Part shown: positions 36,070-45,440 of the stretch, one piece after another
How positions within the stretch are numbered: the stretch's first letter is position 1
Layout of the letters: each line of letters begins with the position of its first letter
Assembly (NCBI GenBank): GCA_001940895.1
Contig: MSGY01000015.1
Span: forward strand, 85,332 to 149,331
DNA: 64,000 bases
Direction of reading: 5' to 3'
Source: Christensenellaceae bacterium Phil10
GTDB lineage: Bacteria; Bacillota; Clostridia; Christensenellales; CAG-917
Position numbers and translations under genes: made by a program
The notes under the pieces: model-generated
The model's input: the letters and a program-made list of their open reading frames with translations, nothing else
What the model was told of the DNA's origin: nothing
The model's database searches: none

Positions 36070-37045
36070 TTTCGGCTCGTCTTATATAACCGTGTACAAA
36101 CGCGGCGAAGGAATCGTTTTGAAAGAAGCGTCCGTCGTCGTCATAAATTCGCACAAGAAAAAACGCGAGGTAGTGGAAGCGGGCAACGCCGCAAAAAACT
36201 ATATCCGCGCCGCAATGGGCAACGCGCGCGAAGTTTACCCGATACGCGAAGGCGTCGTGGTAAGCGTTGAGGACGCGTCGTTGATGATGAGCGAGTTCAT
36301 AAAACGTCTTCTCCCGGATAAACTGTTCAGACCGCAGATACGGGCGGTCGTAATGATATCCTCGGGTCTCACTCTCGTCGAGCGCAGGGACGTCGAAACC
36401 GTTATGCTTAACGCAGGCGTCAAGGATATTGTTCTCGTCGAGTCTCCGCTTGCTCTTCTGGCGTATACGAACAGCGTAGGCGGACTTTTCCTCGATATCG
36501 GAGGAGGAACTGCCGAGGTTGCAAGCGTCACTCAGAACGGAATTTCGAGCGCTTGCAGCGTAAATATCGGCGGCGCGATGCTCAATTCCAAAATAGTCGA
36601 TTACTTCGTGGAAAATTACGGCCTTAAGATAGGCGACTACACTGCCGAGAAACTCAAAATTGACGTCGGAAGCCTTTACGACAACGATTTGTCCGCAACG
36701 GAAATAAGCGGCAGAGACGTGCTTGACGGGACTCCCCGCAGTATGGAGGCTTCCGCAAAGGACGTACGCCGCGCAATATCAAAATCCGTCGACGCGATAG
36801 TTGAGGTTGTGGAAAACGTACTTAATATGACGCCCCCCGAGCTTGCCGGCGAAATAGGCAAAAAGGGCATATTTATATCGGGCGGCACGTCAGAACTCCC
36901 GGGACTTATCGATTATCTCGGCGTAAGGCTGTGCCTTCCCGTAACGCAACTAAAAGATTATGACAACGCCGTTACGCTGGGAGGAGGGGTGCTTCTTGAA
37001 GACGGTAAAATGCTGAATACTCTTCTCAATATGAAAATCGACTGA
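36044..37045 (+). CDS. mreB: MreB/Mbl-type actin-like protein
   Basis: 333 aa. 'LAVDFGSSYITVY', 'PIREGVV', 'LDIGGGTAEVA' and 'GIFISGGTSELPGL'. RBS 'aaggag'. Confidence 0.8.
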   Translation: MALMELAVDFGSSYITVYKRGEGIVLKEASVVVINSHKKKREVVEAGNAAKNYIRAAMGNAREVYPIREGVVVSVEDASLMMSEFIKRLLPDKLFRPQIRAVVMISSGLTLVERRDVETVMLNAGVKDIVLVESPLALLAYTNSVGGLFLDIGGGTAEVASVTQNGISSACSVNIGGAMLNSKIVDYFVENYGLKIGDYTAEKLKIDVGSLYDNDLSATEISGRDVLDGTPRSMEASAKDVRRAISKSVDAIVEVVENVLNMTPPELAGEIGKKGIFISGGTSELPGLIDYLGVRLCLPVTQLKDYDNAVTLGGGVLLEDGKMLNTLLNMKID

Positions 37046-37073
37046 ACGATAATAATACTGTCAAAACGGTATT

Positions 37074-37102
37074 CCGCCTGCGTAAGCGGGCGGTTTTGTT
37101 TT
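37074..37102 (+). terminator. Rho-independent terminator after mreB
   Basis: ccgcctgc-gtaa-gcgggcgg (one G-U pair) followed by 'ttttgtttt'. Confidence 0.8.
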
Positions 37103-37232
37103 ATAATTTATAATTGTCATTTTGACAGCAGTGATATATTATATGACATAATTCGACAAACAAACAGTTTTCGCGAACATAAATTCCTTTTTTCAACGCA
37201 CAATCGGGTTTATTCTTAAAATCGGAGGAAAT

Positions 37233-38015
37233 ATGGGAAGAAAAATCGTAATTACATCGGGAAAGGGCGGCGTCGGAAAAACCACGCTGACCGCGAGTCT
37301 CGGGATTGCTCTTGCCGAAGCGGGCAAAAAAACGGTGTTGATTGACGCGGATATCGGTCTTAACAATCTTGACGTCGTATTGTCTATCGAAAACAAAGTC
37401 GTGTATGATATTCTGGACGTTATTTCGGGCAAATGCCGTCTGAAACAGGCGTTGATACAGGACGTTGACAACCCTTCTTTATACGTGTTGCCATCCGCAA
37501 AACTTTCGGACAGTCCTTTACTGAACGCGGCGAGTTTCAGAAACGTTGCCGACGCGCTGGCTTTGAATTTCGATTTCGTGATAATCGATTGCCCCGCGGG
37601 TATCGACAACGGATTTCATCGCGCGGTTTCCGCCGCCGACGAGGCAATAGTCGTTACTACGCCGCATATTTCCGCGGTAAGAGACGCCGATAAGGTATTG
37701 TCTCTTCTTTCGGGCTACAATCTTATGAGCGTCGGTATAGTCGTTAACAGAGTGCGGGGCGACATGGTGTCGAGAGGCGAAATGATGAGTGCCGGCGACA
37801 TAGTGCGCGCGGTAAGATGCGAACCCGTAGGCGTCGTTCCCGAGGACGATTACATCACGGTATATTCTTCCGCGGGCAGAGTACCGTTCGACACGGTTTC
37901 GGGAAGGGCGTTCAAAATTCTTGCCTCGAACGTAATAAACGGCACGAGGAATATTTTCGACTGTTCGGCGCGGCCGAGATTGTCGGCAAAAATAAGGAGG
38001 TTTCTCGGGGTATGA
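37233..38015 (+). CDS. minD: Septum site-determining ATPase MinD
   Basis: 260 aa. Deviant Walker A 'SGKGGVGKTT' and 'LIDADIGLNNLDVV'. Confidence 0.9.
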   Translation: MGRKIVITSGKGGVGKTTLTASLGIALAEAGKKTVLIDADIGLNNLDVVLSIENKVVYDILDVISGKCRLKQALIQDVDNPSLYVLPSAKLSDSPLLNAASFRNVADALALNFDFVIIDCPAGIDNGFHRAVSAADEAIVVTTPHISAVRDADKVLSLLSGYNLMSVGIVVNRVRGDMVSRGEMMSAGDIVRAVRCEPVGVVPEDDYITVYSSAGRVPFDTVSGRAFKILASNVINGTRNIFDCSARPRLSAKIRRFLGV

Positions 38016-38254
38016 AAAAAACCGCAAAAATTGCAGCCGAAAGACTGAAAAACGTGATACTTGCCGATAAGGTCGCTCACCCCGAAAGGCTGAACGATTT
38101 GTTGAAAAGCGATATAACGAGTCTTCTCGAAGAATACTTCGAGTTGTATCCGCAAAGCGTAAAAGTGCGGCTTCAACCGAGCGAATACGGTCTTGACATA
38201 CTTATCGACGCAACCGCGGTAAGAGTTAAGGATTTCGGTAATTTCGGCGAATAA
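38012..38254 (+). CDS. minE: Cell division topological specificity factor MinE
   Basis: ATG 38012 forms an ATGA overlap with minD. 'KKTAKIAAERLKNVILADK' resembles the MinE N-terminus. The ORF-track start at 37817 lies inside minD. Confidence 0.75.
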   Translation: MKKTAKIAAERLKNVILADKVAHPERLNDLLKSDITSLLEEYFELYPQSVKVRLQPSEYGLDILIDATAVRVKDFGNFGE

Positions 38255-39068
38255 CTTCGCCGATTTTTTCGTTCAGAGCGAAGGAATTGATATAGTTCTT
38301 CATTTCTTCTTCGTCAAGACGTGCGATTACTTCTCCGTAATCGTCAACAATTTTAAAATAACAGCGGCAATCGGGTTTTATGAGCAGTAAAATGCGTTTT
38401 AAAACGGCTTTATCGCTGATATATATCGTTTTTTCCACAACTCCGTTATCGTAATTTTTTACGAGAGGCGAAGTGTTTGCAAAATAATGAAAATCGTTGC
38501 TTTCGTTATCGGTAACGTTGGCGGTAATAAGGAAAACCGCCATAACGGGAAGGGTAAAATTAGGCGACGTTTTCATCGATACGACGTAGGCTACCGCAAG
38601 CGCAATGCCCGCTACCACGCCCAGCGCGCGAAGAGCTTTTTGCACTTTGGGTCTGTAACCGGTAAGGGCGGATACAATCCTTGCGCCGTCCAGAGGACAT
38701 ACGGGAATAAGATTGAACAGTCCGATACCGAGGTTAGCATAGGCAAAATCTTTCGTATACGAAAAACTTTCGGGTATTATCCACCAGAAAGAAATCGTAA
38801 CGAGAGAAAAAACGAGGTTTGCGAGCGGACCCGCCAGCGCGATTATTACGTTGGAGGTTTTGTCGAGTATTTTTTCGTTGTAAATAACCGCGCCGTACGG
38901 CAACCAAAGCACGTCGCCCGCTCCGTAACCCCTGCCGCTTGCGGCGAGTTTATGGCAATATTCGTGCAACGTTACCGCTATTACGGAACAGAAAAACGCG
39001 ACGAATCCGAACTTCCATACCAGAAGAACGGCAATCGGAATCGCCAGCGGGTGTATTTTTAATTTCAC
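38226..39068 (-). CDS. M50 site-2 protease (SpoIVFB-like)
   Basis: 280 aa. HExxH in 'VTLHEYCHKLAA', second metal/substrate motif 'NLIPVCPLDG', and a CBS-like C-terminal part. Confidence 0.75.
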   Translation of the reverse strand: MKLKIHPLAIPIAVLLVWKFGFVAFFCSVIAVTLHEYCHKLAASGRGYGAGDVLWLPYGAVIYNEKILDKTSNVIIALAGPLANLVFSLVTISFWWIIPESFSYTKDFAYANLGIGLFNLIPVCPLDGARIVSALTGYRPKVQKALRALGVVAGIALAVAYVVSMKTSPNFTLPVMAVFLITANVTDNESNDFHYFANTSPLVKNYDNGVVEKTIYISDKAVLKRILLLIKPDCRCYFKIVDDYGEVIARLDEEEMKNYINSFALNEKIGEVIRRNYRNP

Positions 39069-39075
39069 GCCTTTA

Positions 39076-39324
39076 TCAGGTTAATATTGACGTAATGGCC
39101 GATAAACTTGCGTATTTTGCAATTTGCGCTATAAGAAAGCCCAAAGAAACAGCGGTCAGAACCATAACGGGAATAATAAGCAGGTCGGCGGCTTTGTCGC
39201 GGCGAAATAGTGAAGCGAGTTTGTTTTTTAAGCCTCTCGCGCTTCTTCTCGGACTGACGTCATAGGACACGTAATCGTTATTGATTATCTGGTTTTCGAT
39301 GTTTTCCATATCTTCGTATTTCAT
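39076..39324 (-). CDS. Small single-pass membrane protein upstream of the M50 protease
   Basis: 82 aa. It lies 7 nt upstream of the protease gene and has one TM helix, 'LLIIPVMVLTAVSLGFLIAQI'. No family recognised. Confidence 0.45.
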   Translation of the reverse strand: MKYEDMENIENQIINNDYVSYDVSPRRSARGLKNKLASLFRRDKAADLLIIPVMVLTAVSLGFLIAQIAKYASLSAITSILT

Positions 39325-39386
39325 AATTCACCTCACAAAAATATACTGCGCGTACTCGCGGGATATGTATAAAAGTTTATATTTGA

Positions 39387-39415
39387 TTGACTTTTTGCTT
39401 TTTGTAAATTAGAAT
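39387..39415 (+). promoter_or_regulatory. Candidate promoter for the radical SAM gene
   Basis: -35 TTGACT (39387-39392), a 17-nt spacer, -10 TAGAAT (39410-39415). Confidence 0.4.
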
Positions 39416-39450
39416 TCTTTAAGTATAATACGCGATATGCGCGAGGATTT

Positions 39451-41232
39451 ATGAAAAATTACGAAAAAGAACTTTTGCCGTTACTTGGCGAGGTAGAGAA
39501 ACCCGCAAGATATACGGGAGGCGAATTCAACACGCCGGATATGAATAAACCCGACGCATTCAATTTCTGCATCTGTTTTCCCGACGTGTACGAGATAGGA
39601 ATGAGCAATCTCGGCATATCCATACTGTATCAGATTTTAAACTCGATGCCGGATATGGTTTGCGAGAGATGTTTCGCGCCCTGGACGGATATGGAAAGAA
39701 AACTGCGCGAAAACAATCTGCCTCTTTTCAGCGTCGAGCGCAAGATTGCGCTTAAGGATTTCGACGCGGTCGGTTTTTCGGTGCAATACGAAATGCTGTA
39801 CAGCAATATTCTCTATATGCTTGACCTTGCGAAAATTCCGTTTTACGCAAAAGACCGCGGCGAGGAATACCCGATACTTATAGCGGGCGGGCCGTGCACC
39901 GTAAATCCCGAGCCGTTCAAAAAGTTTTTCGATATCGTCGAAGTAGGAGAAGGCGAGTATATGCTGCCCGAACTTCTCGAAGAAATAAAACGAGGAAAGG
40001 AACGCGGGCTTTCGAAAACGGAAATTCTCGAAAACTGCAAAAAGATTGAAGGAATATACGTGCCTTCTTTGCACGTTAAGGGCGAAAAAGTCAAAAAAGC
40101 AATGGTCAGGGATTTCGAAAACGCGCCCGACGCAACGCGTCCTCTCGTGCCTAATATCGAAATAGTACACGACCGCGCCTGTCTCGAACTTTATCTCGGA
40201 TGCGGCAGCGGTTGCAGATTCTGTCAGGCCGGCTTTTATAACAGGGGCATACGCGAAAGAAGCGTCTCCAAACTTCTGAAAACGGCAACCGAAACTATTG
40301 AAAACACGGGATTCGACGAGATGTCTCTTTCCAGTCTTTCCACGGGCGATTATTCGCATATAAAGGAACTTGTGGAAAAGCTTAAAATCGTTGCCGACGA
40401 AAAACGCATAAAACTATCGCTGCCGTCGTTGAGGTTGTCGAGTTTCGACGGCGCACTTGCGATGAACAGCAGAAAAAGCAGTCTTACGTTCGCGCCCGAG
40501 GCAGGCAGCGAGAGACTTCGCGACGTTATAAACAAAAACGTTACCGAAGAAGAAATCCTGTCTGCACTGAAAGAGGCGTTCGCGGACGGTTATACTTCGG
40601 TAAAGCTCTACTTTATGCTCGGTCTGCCCACCGAAACCGACGACGATATCAGGGGTATAGGCGTTCTCGCTGAAAAAATACGCCGTACGTATTTCGAGAT
40701 TGCTCACAATAAAAAGCTGAACGTGTCGGTCAGTTGCAGCGTTTTTATCCCGAAACCCGTCACTCCTTTCCAGTGGTGCGCTCAGATAAGCATGGAAGAA
40801 ATGGAAAGAAAACAGCAATTGCTCAGGGATACTTTCAAGGGTATGAAAGGCGTGTCTCTCAGCTGGCACGACGCCACCACCTCTGCCGTCGAAGGTATCT
40901 TTGCAAGAGGTGACGAAAGACTTAACGAAGTCATTGAAGAGGCTTACCTGTCGGGTGCAAAATTCGACGGGTGGAGCGAGTGTTTCAATTTCGACGTCTG
41001 GATTAACGCCCTGAAGAAGAAAGGATATACAATCGGGGACTTCAATAAGGAATTTAAAGAAAACGACGAATTGCCGTGGGACGTCATAGACCCGTGCGTG
41101 GATAAAAGTTATCTCTGGCGCGAGCACGAAAAGGGAATGCGCGCCGAAAGAACGAGAAATTGCAGGGAAGGATGCAATCTCTGCGGAATTCAGAAAACGA
41201 CGAAATGTACGATTTGCGGAGGCAGGAAATGA
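39451..41232 (+). CDS. Radical SAM protein with N-terminal B12-binding-like domain (TIGR03960-like, function unknown)
   Basis: 593 aa. A Cys cluster 'GCGSGCRFCQAG' (CxxxCxxC is expected; here it reads C-GSG-C-RF-C) and a C-terminal Cys-rich tail 'CREGCNLCGIQKTTKCTICG'. Confidence 0.75.
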   Translation: MKNYEKELLPLLGEVEKPARYTGGEFNTPDMNKPDAFNFCICFPDVYEIGMSNLGISILYQILNSMPDMVCERCFAPWTDMERKLRENNLPLFSVERKIALKDFDAVGFSVQYEMLYSNILYMLDLAKIPFYAKDRGEEYPILIAGGPCTVNPEPFKKFFDIVEVGEGEYMLPELLEEIKRGKERGLSKTEILENCKKIEGIYVPSLHVKGEKVKKAMVRDFENAPDATRPLVPNIEIVHDRACLELYLGCGSGCRFCQAGFYNRGIRERSVSKLLKTATETIENTGFDEMSLSSLSTGDYSHIKELVEKLKIVADEKRIKLSLPSLRLSSFDGALAMNSRKSSLTFAPEAGSERLRDVINKNVTEEEILSALKEAFADGYTSVKLYFMLGLPTETDDDIRGIGVLAEKIRRTYFEIAHNKKLNVSVSCSVFIPKPVTPFQWCAQISMEEMERKQQLLRDTFKGMKGVSLSWHDATTSAVEGIFARGDERLNEVIEEAYLSGAKFDGWSECFNFDVWINALKKKGYTIGDFNKEFKENDELPWDVIDPCVDKSYLWREHEKGMRAERTRNCREGCNLCGIQKTTKCTICGGRK

Positions 41233-41888
41233 TTACTTTGAAATACGAAAAAAAATATCCTTTCGTTTACGTATCGCATATCGACGTTTTGCGCGGAATG
41301 GTGAGAATTATCCGCCGTACGGGATTCATACCCGAGTTTTCGAAAGGTTTTAATCCCCATATGCTTCTATTTTTTTCGCCTCCGCTTGCAGTGGGCGTTG
41401 CGAGCGAGTGCGAATACGTAACCGCCGATATATCGGGAGTGGACGAAAAGGAGTTTCTCGAAGCTTTCAATAAATCCTGTCCGGCCGGAGTCAGGGCTAC
41501 CGCCTCTTACGTTACCGAAAAGAACCCGAATCTTGCGGGAAATATCGCGGCGTCGGATTATCTTTTCCCCGTAAAAGACCCCGCCCGCACGGCCGAAATC
41601 GTGAGTTTTTTTGAAAAGTGCGACAAATATACGATAGAATTCACACAGAAAAAAGAGATTGTCGAGAAGGAAGTCAGAGGACAGATTAAGGCGGTAAAAC
41701 CCGTTAACGGCGGCATTACGTTCACTCTTGCCACCGGCAACGACAACCTGCGGGCAGACAGACTGCTTGCGGGACTTAAAAAGGATTTCGGAATTGAAAC
41801 GGAAACCACGGATATATTAAAAATCGCGCAGTACGTTGCCGAGGGCGGCGGATATACGAACGCGGACGAATATCTGAAACGAGGATAA
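41229..41888 (+). CDS. DUF2344 (TIGR03936-like) protein, usual partner of the preceding radical SAM protein
   Basis: ATG 41229 forms an ATGA overlap. 'YVSHIDVLRGMVRIIRRTGFIPEFSKGFNPHMLLFFSPPLAVGVAS' matches. Confidence 0.7.
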   Translation: MITLKYEKKYPFVYVSHIDVLRGMVRIIRRTGFIPEFSKGFNPHMLLFFSPPLAVGVASECEYVTADISGVDEKEFLEAFNKSCPAGVRATASYVTEKNPNLAGNIAASDYLFPVKDPARTAEIVSFFEKCDKYTIEFTQKKEIVEKEVRGQIKAVKPVNGGITFTLATGNDNLRADRLLAGLKKDFGIETETTDILKIAQYVAEGGGYTNADEYLKRG

Positions 41889-41889
41889 A

Positions 41890-43386
41890 ATGAAAAAACT
41901 GTTTATAGATTACCATCCCAAGCGCGTCTGCGTTGCGATGACCGAAAACAACGAACTTAAAGAGTATTACGCCGAGAAAGCGTCGCGACCAAAAATAGTA
42001 GGAAACATTTACAAGGGCAGGGTCGTAAACACCTTGCAGGGAATGAAGGCCGCCTTCGTAAATATCGGTCTTGAAAAAAACGCCTTCCTGTATGCAGGCG
42101 AAACGCTTGTGGATAAGAATTCGCTTGGAGAAGGCGCTCTGAAAATGCCGCAGAAACTGAACGTTTCGCCGGGCGACTGTATCATGTGCCAGGTCGTAAA
42201 GGACTATTTCGGAACAAAAGGGGTAAGAATTTCGCAGAACATCTCACTTCCCGGAAGACTGCTCGTAATAATGCCGCAGACCGATTACGTCGGTATTTCG
42301 CACAAGATATCCGACGAGAAAAGAAAGGAAGAACTTCTTAATCTCGTGAGAGAGAACTGTCCCGAAGGCGTCGGATTTATCGTTCGTACCGCCGCTCAGA
42401 ACGCCGCGAACGAAGATATCATTAAGGAGATGGGAAAACTCGTTTCCAAATGGAAGAATATCCTCGAAAGTTTTAAGTCCGCGCGGGACGGAGACGTGGT
42501 TTACGAGGAAGGCGACCTCATTTTCAGGACGATAAGGGATATCCTGGACGCCGACATCGAAAAAATCGTCGTCAACAGTCCGTTTATCGCGAGAGACCTT
42601 AAAGAAAAATTTACGGAGATATACGGCGACCGCGAGGTTGTGGAGTTATATAAGGGAACGGAAAGTCTTTTTACCTATTACAATCTGCAATCGCAGATTT
42701 CCAAACTCGTAAAAAGAAAAGTAACTTTAAAAAACGGCGCGTATATCGTCATAGACAAAACGGAGGCGCTGACGGTAATCGACGTGAATACGGGTAAGTA
42801 CGTCGGCGAGAACGACCTCGAAAAAACTTTTCTGAACACTAACTATCTTGCGGCCGAAGAAATCGCAAAACAACTCAGACTGAGAAATATAGGCGGTATC
42901 ATTGTCGTCGATTTTATCGATATGGAACTTGCCGAAAGCCGCAAAAAACTGCTCGCCGCGTTCGAAAAAGAACTGAAAAAGGACAGAGTCCGTACGAGTA
43001 AACCCGTAATGACCACCTTAGGGCTTGTCGAACTTACAAGGAAAAAAACGAGAAGCAGCATCTACGACCTGCTTCTCGAAGAATGTCCGTACTGTCAGGG
43101 TGACGGATATGTTTTTTCGGAAGAATACGTAATAATGCGTATCCGCGAAGCGGTTATGAATCTCATAAGCGACGAAGACCCTATGTCTGTCATTGTGACG
43201 GTCAACCCCGACGTTTTCAACAAACTGTTTACTTTAAGATATCTGGAACGCGAGTGTCTTACTATATGGAAAGGCAAACGAATCTACATTATTCCCGACC
43301 CGCTGACTCACCGCGAGAAATTTTCCGTTACGACGTCGAACGAGAAAGTGCTGACGCTCCCCGAAAACGCGAAACTGCTGTACTGA
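41890..43386 (+). CDS. rng: Ribonuclease G/E family endoribonuclease
   Basis: 498 aa. S1 domain 'GNIYKGRVVNTLQGMKAAFVNIG' and catalytic core 'LTVIDVNTGKYVG' with 'GGIIVVDFIDM'. Confidence 0.85.
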   Translation: MKKLFIDYHPKRVCVAMTENNELKEYYAEKASRPKIVGNIYKGRVVNTLQGMKAAFVNIGLEKNAFLYAGETLVDKNSLGEGALKMPQKLNVSPGDCIMCQVVKDYFGTKGVRISQNISLPGRLLVIMPQTDYVGISHKISDEKRKEELLNLVRENCPEGVGFIVRTAAQNAANEDIIKEMGKLVSKWKNILESFKSARDGDVVYEEGDLIFRTIRDILDADIEKIVVNSPFIARDLKEKFTEIYGDREVVELYKGTESLFTYYNLQSQISKLVKRKVTLKNGAYIVIDKTEALTVIDVNTGKYVGENDLEKTFLNTNYLAAEEIAKQLRLRNIGGIIVVDFIDMELAESRKKLLAAFEKELKKDRVRTSKPVMTTLGLVELTRKKTRSSIYDLLLEECPYCQGDGYVFSEEYVIMRIREAVMNLISDEDPMSVIVTVNPDVFNKLFTLRYLERECLTIWKGKRIYIIPDPLTHREKFSVTTSNEKVLTLPENAKLLY

Positions 43387-43448
43387 CGTTCGATGCGCAC
43401 GGGCGCACCTTCTATATCGGAATATATATAAATATATTGAAAAATCGG

Positions 43449-43477
43449 TTGACACGACCGGTTTTTTTTGTTATATT
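43449..43477 (+). promoter_or_regulatory. Consensus sigmaA promoter of rplU-prp-rpmA
   Basis: -35 TTGACA (43449-43454), a 17-nt spacer, -10 TATATT (43472-43477). Confidence 0.6.
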
Positions 43478-43555
43478 ACAAAACGTGCCGCATAGAAAGG
43501 GTTATAAGAGCGTTAGCCACCCCGATAGCGAGACTGGAGAGAGGAGGTAATTTGA
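43478..43555 (+). promoter_or_regulatory. 5' leader of rplU, possibly an L21-leader-type autoregulatory RNA
   Basis: A roughly 75-nt untranslated leader lies between the promoter and RBS 'gaggagg'. Firmicutes rplU operons are known to carry a ribosomal-protein leader. I could not confirm the structure by eye. Confidence 0.3.
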
Positions 43556-43861
43556 ATGTACGCAATCATCGCAACCGGCGGAAAACAGTTCAAAGTCGAA
43601 AAGGACCAGATTATCAAAGTCGAAAAACTTGCCCTTAACAAAGGCGACAAGGTTTCTTTGGACGTAGTTATGCTTTCGGACGAGGGAAAGGTGCTTGTCG
43701 GCGAAGACGTCAAAAAGGCGAAAGTCGAGGCAGAAGTATTGTACAGCGACAAATTCGATAAAATTATCGTTTACAAATACAAAGCCAAGAAAAACGAACG
43801 CAAACGTCAAGGTCATCGTCAGCCCTACACCGCGCTCAAAATTTTGTCCATCAAAAAGTAA
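43556..43861 (+). CDS. rplU: 50S ribosomal protein L21
   Basis: 101 aa, starting 'MYAIIATGGKQFKVEKDQIIKVEKL'. Confidence 0.95.
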   Translation: MYAIIATGGKQFKVEKDQIIKVEKLALNKGDKVSLDVVMLSDEGKVLVGEDVKKAKVEAEVLYSDKFDKIIVYKYKAKKNERKRQGHRQPYTALKILSIKK

Positions 43862-44187
43862 TGACAAAGGTCGGAATCTTTAAAAAAGACGGCAGCATCG
43901 TATGCGTCGAGTGCACGGGGCACACCGGATACGGCGTTGAAGGCGAGGATATCGTTTGCAGCGCGTTATCGTCCATAGTGCAGACTGCGGCTCTCGGACT
44001 GATGCAGGTGGCGGGTATTGACCTCGATTACGAAACCCGTGAAGAGGACGGGTATCTTAAAATGACGCTTCCCGAGCTTTCAAAGGAACGTCGCCACGAC
44101 GCCGATATGATTCTGAACACAATGTTTCTGGGAATTTTCGATTTACACGAAGGTTTCTCGGATTTTATCGAATTGGAGGTAAAGTAA
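43861..44187 (+). CDS. prp: Ribosomal-processing cysteine protease Prp
   Basis: 108 aa. '[28 protein letters not shown]' provides the His/Cys dyad context. It lies between rplU and rpmA. Confidence 0.85.
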   Translation: MTKVGIFKKDGSIVCVECTGHTGYGVEGEDIVCSALSSIVQTAALGLMQVAGIDLDYETREEDGYLKMTLPELSKERRHDADMILNTMFLGIFDLHEGFSDFIELEVK

Positions 44188-44188
44188 T

Positions 44189-44467
44189 ATGTTTATTAAT
44201 ATACAATTATTTGCTCATAAAAAAGGAACCGGCAGTTCGCACAACGGTCGCGACAGCGCCTCGAAACGCCTCGGGCCAAAACGCTCCGACGGACAGTTCG
44301 TGCTTGCGGGCAACATCCTTATGCGTCAGCGCGGTACTAAAATTCATCCCGGTACGAACGTAGGCATCGGCAGCGACGATACGCTTTACGCATTGAAGGA
44401 CGGCATCGTTCGTTTTGAAAGAAAGGGCAAAAACGATAAACAGATTTCGGTTTACGAAGCCGAATAA
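44189..44467 (+). CDS. rpmA: 50S ribosomal protein L27 with N-terminal propeptide
   Basis: 92 aa. '[23 protein letters not shown]': the 8-9 residue extension before 'AHKKG' is the Prp substrate type. Confidence 0.95.
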   Translation: MFINIQLFAHKKGTGSSHNGRDSASKRLGPKRSDGQFVLAGNILMRQRGTKIHPGTNVGIGSDDTLYALKDGIVRFERKGKNDKQISVYEAE

Positions 44468-44482
44468 TAACAAAAAGAAACG

Positions 44483-44506
44483 CCCCGACGAAAGTCGGGG
44501 TTTTTT
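44483..44506 (+). terminator. Rho-independent terminator
   Basis: ccccgac-gaaa-gtcgggg followed by T6. Confidence 0.85.
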
Positions 44507-44543
44507 ATTGCCCGGATTGACGAAAAGGCGCTGAAAAGATTGC

Positions 44544-44571
44544 TTGACAAATGCGAAACGACGGATATATT
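44544..44571 (+). promoter_or_regulatory. Candidate promoter abutting the ogg start codon
   Basis: -35 TTGACA (44544-44549), a 16-nt spacer, -10 TATATT (44566-44571). ATG follows at 44580. Confidence 0.4.
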
Positions 44572-44579
44572 ATAATCCT

Positions 44580-45407
44580 ATGGATTATATTGTCGAAAAA
44601 GGTAAGATAACCGTTATAAATCCCGAGGATTTCGATATAAGAAAAACTCTCGAATGCGGACAGGTTTTCAGATACGAAAAAACGGGCGACGCGTATGAAA
44701 TCATAGCGCAGAATCAGCGCGCGGTGCTTCAAAAACGCGAAAATAACGTCGAAATTGAGTGTACGGACGAAAATTTTTTCGTAAAATACTTTGATTTGTG
44801 CAAAAACTATGATATAATTAGATTAAAATTAAGCGATAAAGGCCTTTTTCGTGCGGTTATCGATTACGGACAGGGTATCAGGATTCTGAAACAGGACCCA
44901 TTTGAAACCCTTATAAGCTTCATAATCTCGGCAAACAATCATATTCCGCGCATAAAATCCATTATCGGAAGATTGTCCCGTTCTCTCGGCGAGGATATGG
45001 GCGGCTATCGCGCCTTCCCTTCGCCCGAAGCGCTTGCGTCGCAAAGCGAGGAGTTTTATTTCAAAGCAGGTCTCGGATACCGCGCGCCTTACGTTCTCGA
45101 AACGGCAAAGGCCGTCGTTAACGGATTTGACCTTAACGCCGTACGCGATATGCCGACGCCGGAGGCGCGGAAAGCGTTGACTTCTTTAAAAGGGGTAGGA
45201 CCGAAAGTTGCCGATTGCATACTTTTGTTCGGCTACGGAAGGAACGACGTTTTTCCGGTGGATACCTGGATAAAAAAGGTTTACAATTCCTATTACGGAC
45301 ACGAGGACAACCCGCTGAAAATCAGAAAGGCTCTGACGGACAGATTCGGAGATTTGTCGGGTTACGCACAGCAATACTTGTTCTTCTATAAAAGAGAACT
45401 TGATTGA
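44580..45407 (+). CDS. ogg: 8-oxoguanine DNA glycosylase/AP lyase (Ogg, HhH-GPD family)
   Basis: I chose ATG 44580 because the TTG at 44544 is itself a -35 box. 'TLECGQVFRYEK' and the HhH-GPD motif 'LKGVGPKVADCILLFGYGRNDVFPVDTWIKK' match. Confidence 0.75.
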   Translation: MDYIVEKGKITVINPEDFDIRKTLECGQVFRYEKTGDAYEIIAQNQRAVLQKRENNVEIECTDENFFVKYFDLCKNYDIIRLKLSDKGLFRAVIDYGQGIRILKQDPFETLISFIISANNHIPRIKSIIGRLSRSLGEDMGGYRAFPSPEALASQSEEFYFKAGLGYRAPYVLETAKAVVNGFDLNAVRDMPTPEARKALTSLKGVGPKVADCILLFGYGRNDVFPVDTWIKKVYNSYYGHEDNPLKIRKALTDRFGDLSGYAQQYLFFYKRELD

Positions 45408-45440
45408 TATAATATATCGTTAATAAATGGAGGGTTATTT

